Shown here: one piece after another, positions 30,424-42,785 of the stretch | How positions within the stretch are numbered: the first letter of the stretch is position 1 | Layout of the letters: each line of letters begins with the position of its first letter | Assembly: GCA_964016885.1 (NCBI GenBank) | Contig: OZ024742.1 | Location: 202,554,001 to 202,618,000, forward strand | DNA length: 64,000 nt | Source of the DNA: Eledone cirrhosa | Taxonomy: Eukaryota | Direction: 5' to 3' | Notes under the pieces: model-generated | What the model saw: only the letters and a program-made list of their open reading frames with translations | Told to the model about the DNA's origin: nothing | Database searches by the model: none | Made by a program: the position numbers and the translations under genes

Positions 30424-30547
30424 CAAACACGTTTTGTGTTTATCATATATATTAATATATAACTTGTATTTCACTGCTCAGAAATGCCTCTTTCTTTGAG
30501 CTGAATAATTGTAAACGACTATGAGTTTAATCTCTAAATATAATATA

Positions 30548-30680
<133 letters not shown>

Positions 30681-30694
30681 AATGGAATAGAATG

Positions 30695-31025
30695 AAACGA
30701 AATTTCATTTCTCACTCTTAGTATGGCAGTTATTTAAATGTAAGTATGTATGTATGTATGTATACGTACATACACATATGTATACAGACGTATAGTAGAA
30801 TGTATATATATATACATACATGCACACATATATATATATGCACGTATCGGTTTACCGAACATTTATTATAATGCTTGGTTTGTTTGTAAACAAACCGAGC
30901 ATTATAATAAATGTTCGGTAAACCGATACGTGCATATATGTGTGCATGTATGTATATATATACATACTACTGTACGTCTGAATACATATATGTATGTACG
31001 TATATATACATAATTACATTTATAT
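30695..31025. repeat. Near-spacerless palindrome made of a diverged relative of the 467-bp repeat
   Basis: Arms meet at 30885/30888. Shares GAAATTTCATTTCTCACTCTTAGTATGGCA with the 55.6-62.1 kb unit. Confidence 0.85.
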
Positions 31026-31039
31026 ATATATATATGTAT

Positions 31040-31310
31040 TAGTAAAAAGGAAAAGAAAATGCTGACAAATTTTTCCCAGTGGAAAATATTTTAATTAGGA
31101 ATAACTATAAATTAGTAATAAGTATTAGTTAGTATTCAGTTTTAGTTTTAAGTTTTTACCGGTTGCGCATTTCTAATGCTTTTCAAAAATAATTTTGAGA
31201 TAGAGCGCTCGTGATTTTTGCTCTAATCTGATCAGTTTGGGAAATTCTTCCTGTTTTATGTGAAAAAAGTGGCTTCAGAGGTATTGCAAAAATTCTTGTA
31301 GGCAAAACAA
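31040..31310 (-). mobile_element. Diverged relative of the 16.2/18.0-kb pLTR, decayed U3-A8 HHR at 31153-31189
   Basis: Minus strand: TTGAAAA GCAT-TAGAA-ATGC GCAA CCGG TA AAAA. Confidence 0.55.
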
Positions 31311-31334
31311 TTATATATATATATATATATATAT

Positions 31335-31960
31335 ATAAATGAAAATATAAAAATTATTGTGAGCAAGAAGCCAGCAGTATTTCATAATATATAAGTGACT
31401 ATAACGTCAAAATGGAAAATAATTAACGTAAGATATGGGAAAATAATTCAAACTCAATTAAAAAAAAAAAAAATCAAGACGGAGATTTTATCCACAGAAT
31501 TTGTGAAATCCAGGGAAAAAATCCAATAGAGACTTAACTTAGAATAAAATGAAGCTTAAATACTCATCCTTCAATTTGGAAAAACTACAAATGCTCTATA
31601 TATTCTTAAAAAGACTATTTCACGAAACTTTTCCGTGTGGATGGTCACGGTTGGAGTCGTTCGTCAGTAGAGCTCAAACACGATAACCCCTACCACTACC
31701 AAAATATGCCAAAAAGGGAATTTAAAAGCAGGCTAGTTCACCTCGTGCGGAATTATAAAAATAAATACACATGGAGAGACATGGCTGGTGACGTCAGAAT
31801 GAGACGAATGTTTATTTACAAGAAACAGCAGTCAAAAACATTCCGAAAAAACTCTACAAAATGTAAGGAGTTCAGCAAAATAGCAATATTGTCGCGGTTT
31901 TAAAAAAAAAGACCGGGATTAGTCACAAATAATTTTAAGCACTCTAGGAAAAATTCCGAG

Positions 31961-31970
<10 letters not shown>
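31335..31970 (-). mobile_element. Single retrozyme-like monomer (619-bp family), HHR 31593-31673 with intact core
   Basis: GCTCTA CTGACGA ACGA..TCGT GAAA TAGTCTT-TTT-AAGAATA TA TAGAGC. Bounded by (TA)n at both ends. Confidence 0.7.
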
Positions 31971-31996
<26 letters not shown>

Positions 31997-31997
<1 letters not shown>

Positions 31998-32195
31998 GAT
32001 GAGGTTCTGAGAGTTTCTTGGCTTTAAGTGTATCGCTAAAGAATAAAGTTGTTACGTTTTACAGGGGAGGTGGGAGGTAGGACCGCTGCAATAATTATGT
32101 GAATCTGAGAGGGAAGTGTGTTGATTAAAATTATAATTGTCTGATCCTCCTGTAGTTTCTTGTACCACAGACAGGAACTTTTCAGCACCCACTCG
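31997..32195. mobile_element. Mariner-derived MITE
   Basis: Imperfect TIRs TA|CGATGAGGTTCTGAGAGTTTCTTG and CAGGAACTTTTCAGCACCCACTCG|TA, with a TA TSD. Confidence 0.7.
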
Positions 32196-33041
32196 TATAG
32201 TTCTTTTCGGGAAAGCAAATTGCTAGAATGATTAGAATGCATTGTGGTAATCATTCTCATCTCAAATACCGTCGAGTTTATCACTGCCTTTCATCATATC
32301 GAGATCGATAAATAAAGTAGCATTCCAATACTAAGGCCGATATTTTTTCTATATCTCTTTCTCAATTCTTCTCTCGCTGTTGACATCATGATGACGAAGG
32401 TACAAAGACGACGGTGATAATAATGCAGAAGTCGATAACGAACATGTTGATGATTAGGAGGAGCATGGTGGTCATGATGATGATGGTGATAATGACAATG
32501 ATGATGATATTGAGAATGGCGACTACGATGACGATAATACTAATGGAGATGTAAATGCCCCATTTGCATCTGTAATCGCAACAAATATAATTCTCCATAA
32601 AACTACAGTTGATATGTTTATGATGGAGATTTTAATGAAAATGCCGCCATATGTGATTGGTGGTTACATTAACACTATGTACTATTGTGTAATACCGTTG
32701 AGATTATTATCAATATTATTATCATTTCCATTATTATTTTTATTGCGCAACATTACTGCTTTACCGAGCACAACACTGTGCCCCTTCGGTATAAGCAGTG
32801 TAGTTTTTAGTAATGTTGTTTCTATTGTATTAATTGTATGTTTCGTAATATGTGTGTTGTGCCTAGTAGTGCTATCTTTTGTATGCTGTATATATCTGTA
32901 AATCAAGGGGTTTTGGTTATGTATTTATCTGTGTGTGTTTTCTTTTTATTATTCCCAGAGCGCCTATTATTATAGGTATTGTTTCTGTTTTCATTTTCCA
33001 CATTCGAGTTATTTCCAGCTCTAGATCATTATATTTGGATA

Positions 33042-33226
33042 GGGCGGTGGATTGGCAGTATCGGTAGAGAGTCGGACGCCATGCTTTCCAGCATAGTTAC
33101 GTCCCTTTACGATCTGAGTTCAAATCCCGCCGAGGTTGACTTTGCCTTTCATCCTTACGGGGTCGATAAAATAAAGTACCAGTAATGCACTGGGTAATTG
33201 CTGGCCTTGTGCCTAAAGTAGAAACA
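33042..33226 (+). mobile_element. tRNA-derived SINE, full length
   Basis: A/B boxes. 12-bp TSD ATTATATTTGGA (33028-33039 / 33227-33238). Confidence 0.92.
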
Positions 33227-33391
33227 ATTATATTTGGAGAGTTTCTGTATTTTCTTTGGAAGATATATTGTCATCTGTTGGGATTGGTGCATCTATTAGA
33301 AGACATTATTTTTCTTTGTGGTCTTTGACTATAATATCTGATCGGCTGGCTTTGATCTCTCTATCTGTATGTATTGGCATACCCCAAAGGC

Positions 33392-33590
33392 GTTGGATTA
33401 GCAGAATCGTTAGAGTGGCGGAAAATATGCTTTGTGGCATATAGTTACGGCACTTTATGCTCTCAGTTCAAATTCCGCCGAGGTTAGCTTTATCTTTTAT
33501 CCTTACGGTGTCGATAAAATAAAATACCAGTAATGCACTGGGGTCGATCTAATTGACTTTTCCCTCCCCTGAATTGCCTAAATCTGAAAT
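33392..33590 (+). mobile_element. Older related SINE subfamily
   Basis: Diverged A/B boxes and the same central domain. Confidence 0.7.
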
Positions 33591-33770
33591 CCTTAATATG
33601 ATCGTGATCATGATGACCATGATCTCGTTTTACAAGCAAGAAAGACGCAAGACACTAGGGACAAGAGAAACACGAAAACCAATCCAATGTAGGGTTTAGA
33701 TTGAGTCAAGGAAATGAGACAACAACAATAGCAAACCAGTAGATATAACGATAACAACAATCGTAATAAT

Positions 33771-33922
33771 TGTTTCTATTTTTGGCACAAGGCCAGCAAT
33801 TATCCGTAAGGATGAAAGGCAAAGTTAACCTCGGCAGGATTTGAAATCAGTCCGTAAAGGGGCATAACTCTATGCTGCAAAGCATGGTGTTAGACCCCTA
33901 CCTACCGACACTGCCAATCTAA
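33771..33922 (-). mobile_element. SINE with internal deletion
   Basis: Same family. TSD ATCGTAATAAT. Confidence 0.8.
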
Positions 33923-34071
33923 CGATCGTAATAATGTATTCATTTTTACTTTGGTGCTGTTTTAGTCTTTTTTTTTGTCAATTGTTGTACGGTATATATA
34001 AACGTCACCTTGCTTCAGCCAGCAACAGACGGGTTTTGAACCAACCTCCTAGTGTGTATGTGTTTATATGT

Positions 34072-34239
<168 letters not shown>

Positions 34240-34352
34240 GCACACACACACACACACATAGGGTCGTCAACTATAAAATTTGTAGAAATTTTTTTTTCTA
34301 CAAATTTCTTCAAATTTCATACTTCACAACCCAATATGTGTGTGTGTGTGTG

Positions 34353-34436
<84 letters not shown>

Positions 34437-34717
34437 ATAGAGGGTGTGAGGAGGGCCAGTGAAAAAGAGATAGAGACATTAATCTCTAACATTATCTGTG
34501 TTAGACTTAATCAGTGGCAATGCATACAAATCAGCCATGTTTAAAATCCTTGTTTTATACTTGTAATTCTGTTTAAAAGCTTCCTTTTATAAAGTGACTA
34601 CTGAATTGATTGCCTTATTTGGTCTTTTTCTTATTTCTAATACCTCCCTTTATATCATCATCGTTGTCTTTCTTCATTTTCAGCCATTTTCACTATTATT
34701 TAATTTGGAGTTGTTTG

Positions 34718-34772
<55 letters not shown>

Positions 34773-34814
34773 CGTATATATATATACATATATATATATA
34801 TACATATATATATA

Positions 34815-34869
<55 letters not shown>

Positions 34870-35249
34870 ATATATATAGAAAGAGAGATAGAGATAGAGA
34901 TAGAGATAGAGTGTGTGGAAAAGATTAAGACAGCAACAACTAATTCAACGACAACTGCAACAGAGGACAACAAATTAACTCCAAAATTTAAACATTTTTT
35001 TATGAAAATAACGTTTTAAATGAAGGGGTTAAAATGGCGCAGATCTTGATTAAATTAAACAAACATTTGCATACACAATCACTCAGACATTTTATATGTC
35101 TACACATATGCAGAGAGATCGGTTTGTTGTATAGGTTTGCGAATGTGTTTGTATGTGTATGTATGCATATATATATATATGTGTGTATATATATATATGC
35201 GTCTTTGTGTGTGCGTGTGCGGATATGTGTGTGCGTCTATCTATATATG

Positions 35250-35367
<118 letters not shown>

Positions 35368-35482
35368 TATGTAACTAAATATATATGTGCGTGTATATAT
35401 ATGCATATCAATGCAGGTAATGTATTTTTATATATCAATTAGTGGCGAATTATAACATGTAATCTCGTGCCCATTTATATAT

Positions 35483-35515
<33 letters not shown>

Positions 35516-35954
35516 CATATGCATATGAATATATATTTTTAATGAAATGTAAAATATATACACGGGCATGCGTCAACAGAATCTCTGTTAGATTACGTTA
35601 AGAAGAAGCCGTTAACATTAATGCAAAAACGATTCTGTACGTTCAGCTCTGACAACTGACAACTTGCAGTCGGAAGCTTTACAAGATAATTTGGGATTTA
35701 ATAAAGAATTTAATTTATTTTAGTATTTAGTTTTACATGACTTTATAGCTTTATTTTATTATTCACTTGTCTGTAGTTATAATGTATTATATATCTATAT
35801 AGCGTTGTTACTCACACTCACATACATACTTGCATATATACACATTCGTATAGACACACGAACAAATACGCGCGCACGCACATAAATATGTATATTAGTG
35901 TATATGTATGCATGTATATATATAAATATATATACATACTTACACACGCACATA

Positions 35955-35993
<39 letters not shown>

Positions 35994-36174
35994 GCGCACA
36001 CACTCACACACACCTATATATATATATATATATATATATATAATGCAAAAGTAAGGTATTGTCTAGACACATATATCCACACTATGCGTGTTTGTAAGAA
36101 TTATATAGGTACAATGGAATGAGAAGATCTGAGATATATGTATATATATGTATATATATATATATATACATATG

Positions 36175-36365
36175 TATGTAAAAGGTAAACAGAAATAACA
36201 ACATAATCGGTACAGTATATGGAAGGAATATTTTAGGTTAACGCTTGAAATAGCTGGAAGAGGGTCTTAAAGTTTCGGACGCTAGTCCTTCATCAGAAGA
36301 AACAATGAGATATAAGAAAGATTGAAGGGACGGGTGGGTTGGAGTTGGAAAAAATGTCTTTAGAT
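36175..36365 (-). mobile_element. PLE pLTR remnant with minimal HHR (~36264-36300)
   Basis: Minus strand: TCTT CTGATGA AGGAC-TAGC-GTCC GAAA CTT TA AGA. Homolog of ~14130-14315. Confidence 0.65.
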
Positions 36366-36622
36366 AAAACTAACAGGTCCATTCACGTTGACATCTGTTG
36401 GAAAACTGTTCGTGCTGGCGTTTTGTGTATGATTTACTTATTTTAGAAAAGTAGATGATGGAGCGCGTTTACCTGAAATGGAAAAAAGACGTTTTGTAAA
36501 AAGAGGTATACTAGTATATGTTCATATGCATGTGTGTGTTTATTATAAGTCCACATTTATATATACATACACACACACATATATATACACTTACATACAC
36601 ACACACACACACGCACACACAC

Positions 36623-36687
<65 letters not shown>

Positions 36688-37007
36688 GGGAGTGTAACGT
36701 GAGGCACTACTCAATAAACGTAATGAAGTCATAACAATTCGTCCTTTTACTATTATATATATATATACTTAAATTTTTTTATTAGCCACAAGGGCACAAA
36801 AGAAGGAGACAAATACAAATGGGTAGTTTACATACGAAAAATGAAAATAAAACTAATAATACAATAACAAATAACAATTGAAATACCCAATAGGGGAGAG
36901 GTGAGGTGTTACACAGGGGTTGTACACACCCCTAAAAAATGTACAACCCTCACTCCAGGAGTACGAAGAATTTGTACTCCTTTCCTCTCCTCCTCTTTTT
37001 CCTCAAC

Positions 37008-40000
37008 CTACAGGCTGATATAGAGAGAAGCCCCATTCACTCGGGCCATTCTCGCCAATTTCACCCACCTTTCATAAAATTTGCTGGGGTACAGCACCTC
37101 TCTCTCCATCCTGATTCTTCTTCAAAGTGGTATTTGAAAAAAATAATCAGTGATTGGCCCTTTCAACCTTGTCCACCATACAACCTCTTTCGCCATAGCT
37201 ATCACACAAAGAAAAACCACCTCTCCTTCGTTTTTATAGAAGGGTGGCGGTTTGATCATGACAATGCACTCGGTTGTCAACCGGATTGGTCCCACCCGCG
37301 ACAATAGTCGTTCTACATAGCCCCACAGGTCGGTGACACCCGGGAAGTGTATGAATGCGTGCGCGACGGTTTCTTCGTCTCGCACGCACCTCGGACAGAT
37401 GTTTTTTGCAGGGTCCCTGCCGCCCGGGCGCCCGTGTCTGTAGAGCTTGTCTCGAACTGGTAGAGCTCCTCGGTAGCACTGCCAGGCCAGGGACTTTTGG
37501 AAGATGTCCATCCGTCCCGGGCCGAAGGTCCTACCGAACAGACTGGCCATTTTGTCTTCCTCTACGCTTAGAGTTTCACCGAGCACGTCGTCGCACTTGC
37601 TGCGGATCAACGCTCTATAGAATGACGAAGTGGAGTCTCCACTGATCGCCGGTCCGCCTGCCAGAGGGCTGTGAGCGCCTGAGCACATTCGATGTGCCAG
37701 TCGACCATTTTCCTCGGTCTTTGCTTGACCCAGGACTGCAGCTCGGTCGGCGAGACGAGTCGTGGGAAGGCTCGCCTCACGAACGGGGCCCACACCGGTT
37801 GTCCGGTGAGGAATACGTTGAGATGCCGCAGCCTGAGCGCGTGTTTGCGCATCGTCAGCCACGGCATTCCCAGCCCTCCGTTGGAAGGGTGTTGGCAGCA
37901 GATGGATCTTCTCACCAAAGGAGCCCGTTTCTTCCAAAGGAATTGGAAGAGCGCGCGCTCTATTTTGGTGAGCGTTTTGGCTGGACAAGGCGCAACGGTC
38001 AAGCAGTAGTAGATGACGGACGCTATAAAAGTGTTCGCCACCTCTGCTCGACCTTTCAAGGATAGTTTGCACTCAGCCTACTTCTGGGTGAGCGCAAACT
38101 ACTTGGCCGTCACCCCGTTCCAGTTCTTCTCCACCTGGAGGTCCGGACCAAACCAGACCCCGAGCAGCTTTACCGGTCCTTCCGTCCAGAGTCCGACAAC
38201 GTCATCGGAAGGCATCGGTTTGCCTCTCCACGATCCGAGTTGCAAACCGACGGATTTGTCTCGGTTCAGCTTCGCTCCTGTGATCCTTTCTTATTCCTCC
38301 AGGAAGGTGCCGATCTCCCCGATTTGCGAGGTGCTCGACACCATTACTGCCACGTCGTCGGCGTAGGCCGACGCCGCTTTTCGCAGTCCCGTTCCAAAGG
38401 GATGCCCTGCAATAGCTCCAACTTCCGCAGTAGTGGCTCGAGAGTCAATACGTACAGAAGGGAGGAGAGAGGGCACCCCTGTCGGATGGATCGCGTGATA
38501 TGGAACGGCTCTGAGAGTTAGCCATTCACCTTGACCCTTGAGCAGATGTTGCTATTGTGCATTGCAGCAATCCAGCCACTGAACACGGGACCGAAGCCTG
38601 CCGCCTCGAACACCGCATCCAGGTAAAGATGGTCAACCCTATCGAAAGCCTTAGACTGATCCAAGTTGATCAGGGCCCCACCAAAGCCGGGTTTACAACC
38701 TACCCTCTATATGATGTATCGTGTATGGACCTGGTCGGGATTGCGCATGTCTGCGCTTCTCCCACCAGGTTCTCGGTGCCAAGCGCCAGCCTCTTTGCCA
38801 ACACCTTGGCCAAAATCTGTAACTCTGTTTTGAGCAGAGTTATGGGCCGGAAGTTGCCTTTGTCATCCCGCTTGTTCTCGTCCTTCCTAACGTGATTACG
38901 CCCTTGGTCACAGAACTGGGAATTCTCCCGTTCTGCTGCCAGTTGCAGTAGACCGCTTCCAGGAGACCGGGAAAGAAGTCCGGCATTGGTACGTAAAATC
39001 CGTAGGGTAGACCGTCGAGACCTGGAGATTTGCGTTTGCCGCATTGGCTCAGCGCGTCCCTAATCTCAGCGGCCGAAATCGGCCTTTCGCAGAACTTAGA
39101 GTCGCAGTAGGCCCTCTAGGTATAAACCGAAATCCATAGCCCCTCCTGGCACGCCGCCCTGCCCGAACAGTTGAGCAAAGTGCCGCTGAAAGGCCGCGCA
39201 CATTTGCTTCGGCTCACGTATCACGTGTCCGTCTTGGTCCTTCAAAGACCGAATCGTCGACTTGTTGCCACTTTTCGCCTCTGTCACTCGGGCCCAGCTA
39301 ACAGCTTTGGCTCCTTCGTTTCCCAGAGCACGTATTTTGCTTCTGACAACGCAGCCTTCATGCTTTGCGTCGAAGAACTGGTTCAAGGCCGTTCTCATCG
39401 CTAGCACGTTTGCTACGTTGCCATTCCTAAGTGCCTCTTCTACTTTATCTACCAGTTCCTTTTCAGTCTTATTTCTATCTAACACTAATTCTTTACTAAA
39501 ACCTATCGAGTCTAATCTAACTGCCCTCTTGAGAGAGTGCCACCATCCTTTTGTTGACAATGGCCCCCGTCAAGTGCTGCTTAACTAAAATGCTAATCCG
39601 TTTACTGTAGGCTTTGCATGTCGGTAACAAGTTCAGCTTCCAGTAGCTGGGTCCCTGTCTATGGGTTTTGTCAAGGTTGACTAAGCAGGTCACTAAATTG
39701 TGATCTGAATAGGCAACCATGAACATTTGTGGACAGCTTAACATGTCCCTATCCTTATTTCTAACTAGAACCCTATCTAGGTACGATCTAGATGTTCCGC
39801 TTGATTAGTCCACGTCCACAGTGGTGCAGTCGGAAAATCTAGTCGATATCTATCGGCCAGGTCAAATCGGCCGATTAACTGTTTGAGGCTGTTACACCCC
39901 CCCTCTATCGGGACATGCTCCCACATAGTCCCAACGTGCATCTAGGATTCCATTCCAGCCCCCACTAACAGCAGGGAGTGGGATGTTCCCAGAAAAGTCT

Positions 40001-40332
40001 CTATACGTTTGACGAAGTCTGGCCGTGGTGTCCCGGATGGGCATATGCGGCCACCAGCCTGAAGGCTCCACCTTCACTACCGTCAACGTCTAGAACCACC
40101 AGTCGACCCTCCGGGTCCAGATGTACCGTCTGTGTTACGAGGTCCAGGTGTTTCCTGCATAGATCTCAAAGTCGTCGAAGATGGGGGCCAGTTGTCGCTC
40201 GCTGTGGATCCTGGACTCACAAATGGCTACCACATCCATACTGTGCGACCTGAGGTCGTTTAAGAATTTGCCCTGTTTCCAGTGCATCCCCAGGCCGCGT
40301 ACATTCACACATCCAACTCTTATATTGGCCAT
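37008..40332 (-). pseudogene. LINE ORF2 (APE endonuclease-RT-CCHC), multiply frameshifted
   Basis: MANIRVGCVNVRGL, SDH, NFRPITLL, AYADD, CPRC..EETVAHAFIH. Confidence 0.92.
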
Positions 40333-40369
40333 GTTGGTGCTGAAAATTTAAAAGAAGAGGAAAAGAAAT

Positions 40370-41983
40370 CACTCACCTCTTCGTCTCCTGGGGACCAGGC
40401 TGCACAATTTCCATGGGGGTGTTGGAGGGGTTGTTTGGTGGGATGGTGGTCTCTGGCGGGGTGGGAACGGAGATGTTTGGTGGGGAGGGGTGTCAGGTGG
40501 GGTGGGGATGTCTGGGGTGGGAGTGTCTGGGGTGGGGTGGGGAACATTTCAAAAGGACGCGGTTATAGGGTTTGACGCAGAGGTTACCTACGTCGTTAGG
40601 ACATTTTTATTTTAACTGTTTATGTGTGTCCATGGAGATCCTAATCATTTTAAGATTAGGATTCTCCGCAGAGTGTGTAAAAGTTTTCCCTTCGGTAACC
40701 ACCGAAGGGATTTTACATATGGTGTCTGTTAAAGTTTTATTGTTAGTATTTATGTAGGTGTAACATTTTTGTTGTGTTGTGTTGCTTTTTTTCTGTGGTT
40801 CTTGTGTGTGTTTACGTTTTGTAGTAGATGTTTTGTTTTCAGGAGGTGGTGTTTTTGTTTGTGCTGTTTGCGTCGCTTGTATTGGTGTTTGTGTGTTTTT
40901 TGCATTTTTGTTTGTGTTATGTCTTTTCTTTTTTTCTTTTTACTGGTCGGAAAGGCTCTCCCTCATCGTCACTGGGTGACGATGATGAGGCCTCATCCGT
41001 GTTGTTGGGGAGGGGTACATTTTGAGGATCTGTTATGTGTGTGGGTGTTTCTGGAGTTGTTTTAGGTGGGGAGGGGTTGGGTGGGACTGTGTTTGCAGTT
41101 TGGTTTGTTTTTGTGTGTTGTTGTTGTGGTGGTGGTGGTTGTGTTGTTGTGTTGGGTGTCGGCAGTAGTGCCTTTTTTTAATGCAGTTAATTGAGAACAG
41201 GAAGCCCTCAGGTAACTACTGCTTAAACAGTGGTAACATGAAGGCCGCCTACCCTCAACAGAAATGTTTATGTACGAATTTCCATCCAGAGGCACACGTT
41301 GTGGTATTCTAGCTATCCGTACTGGTCTCATTTGGACCAGAACTTCTAAACTTGTACTGTTGAATATGCCCCTGGAGGACTTTCCTACCGAAATTACTGT
41401 ATCTTCATCAAAATTGATGAAGCCAGCTATTATCCACCAGATGTTTACATTTGGTGTGATGTTTGTTATTTTTATTTTTTGGGTCCCCATGTATGTGGGG
41501 AAAAAGGTGTAGAGGGGGGACACAATTGGTGACACAGAATATTTCTGTGCCGTCAATTAATCTTTCATTATTATTGATAAACTCCCGAAGAGTTTTCCCT
41601 TCTGTATGAAGGCAATGTTCTTCGTGGATTTTCTTAGAACCAGCTCAATTTCGTTTTGCGTTAATTGAGCTGGTTTTCTGGTGGTATTTGAGATTGTCCT
41701 AAAAACTCTGGTCTTCAGGACAGTGTCTCCACGCAATTCTTGGGGAGAAGTGATGCTAAAAGCGCCATTCTCCCCAAAAGTTATATATTGCTTGGCATCT
41801 CTTAGCAATTCTCCGGCATTAGAGATGTCAATCTGTGTATATAGTTCTGTATTTTGGACAGTTTGTGCAAACGCGACCTTTTTTTCCTTGTTTGTGGATT
41901 TGTTCTTGTTGGTGTTGTTGTCATTATTGTTGCTGCTGTTGGTGTTGTCATCATTGTTGCTATTGTTGTTGTCATTGCTGTCG

Positions 41984-42032
<49 letters not shown>

Positions 42033-42300
42033 CAATTGCATGATCTGTGGTTGCGGAATTCATTTGTGAAGTTGTGTTTTCGTTCATAGCATTGTTGTTA
42101 TTGTTGTTGCTGGTGCCGCTGGTTGTGTTGTTTTGGTTTGTTGCCATGGCAACATCAAGTTGTCGGTCAGCAGGTGGAGAAAATCCTTCCTCTGGCTGAC
42201 CTTTGTCTTTGATATCTGCTACTATGACAGTGGCAGGGAGAAGCTGTAAGCATATCTTCCCTTTTCCTCCTTCGAATGTTGGTGAAGAAGCTTCAGCCAT
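40370..42300 (-). pseudogene. LINE ORF1 (gag-like zinc knuckle, poly-Asn)
   Basis: GRRPSCYHCLSSSYLRASC. Homologous to ORF1 of copy B. Frameshifted. Confidence 0.8.
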
Positions 42301-42785
42301 TTTAAAAAAGTGTTAGCTTTTCAAAAAAAATTGTTATGTACTATTTCGTCTAAAGGCGTAGAATATTTTGAGAGACTGACCAGATAAAAATTTGACCTGG
42401 CTGTCCCTCTACAAGTTCATATAAAAATGAAGGTTCACAGTTAGGAATTTCTTTAGAAATTTAGGCAGAACATACCCAGCAAGTTTCACGCGTGTGTCCA
42501 TCCCAGAAAGAGATATAGATAGATAGATATTTAGATAGATAGATATGTTTCTTTATTAGCCACAGGGCACAAAAGAAGGGGACAAATACAAAGGGAGAAA
42601 TTTACATACAATAAAAACGTGTAAAATATTATCACAAATGCAATTTTAAAAATTAGTCGATTTTCCCCAATAGGGGGAGACAGCTTATATGGGTAACACA
42701 TACCCCCGAAAAAAAATGTGCAACCCTCATCTCCAGGAGTACGAAGAGTTTGTACTCCTTTCCTCTCCTCCTCATTTTCCTCAAC

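Larger units (their letters stand above)
36770..42510 (-). mobile_element. Tx1/L1-clade LINE, copy A (full-length, decayed)
   Basis: ORF1 and ORF2 remnants. The 3' end has AATAAA. Confidence 0.92.

Noticed and set aside
33042-33130. tRNA genes
   Set aside because: The A/B boxes belong to multi-copy SINE heads with TSDs and do not form a full cloverleaf.
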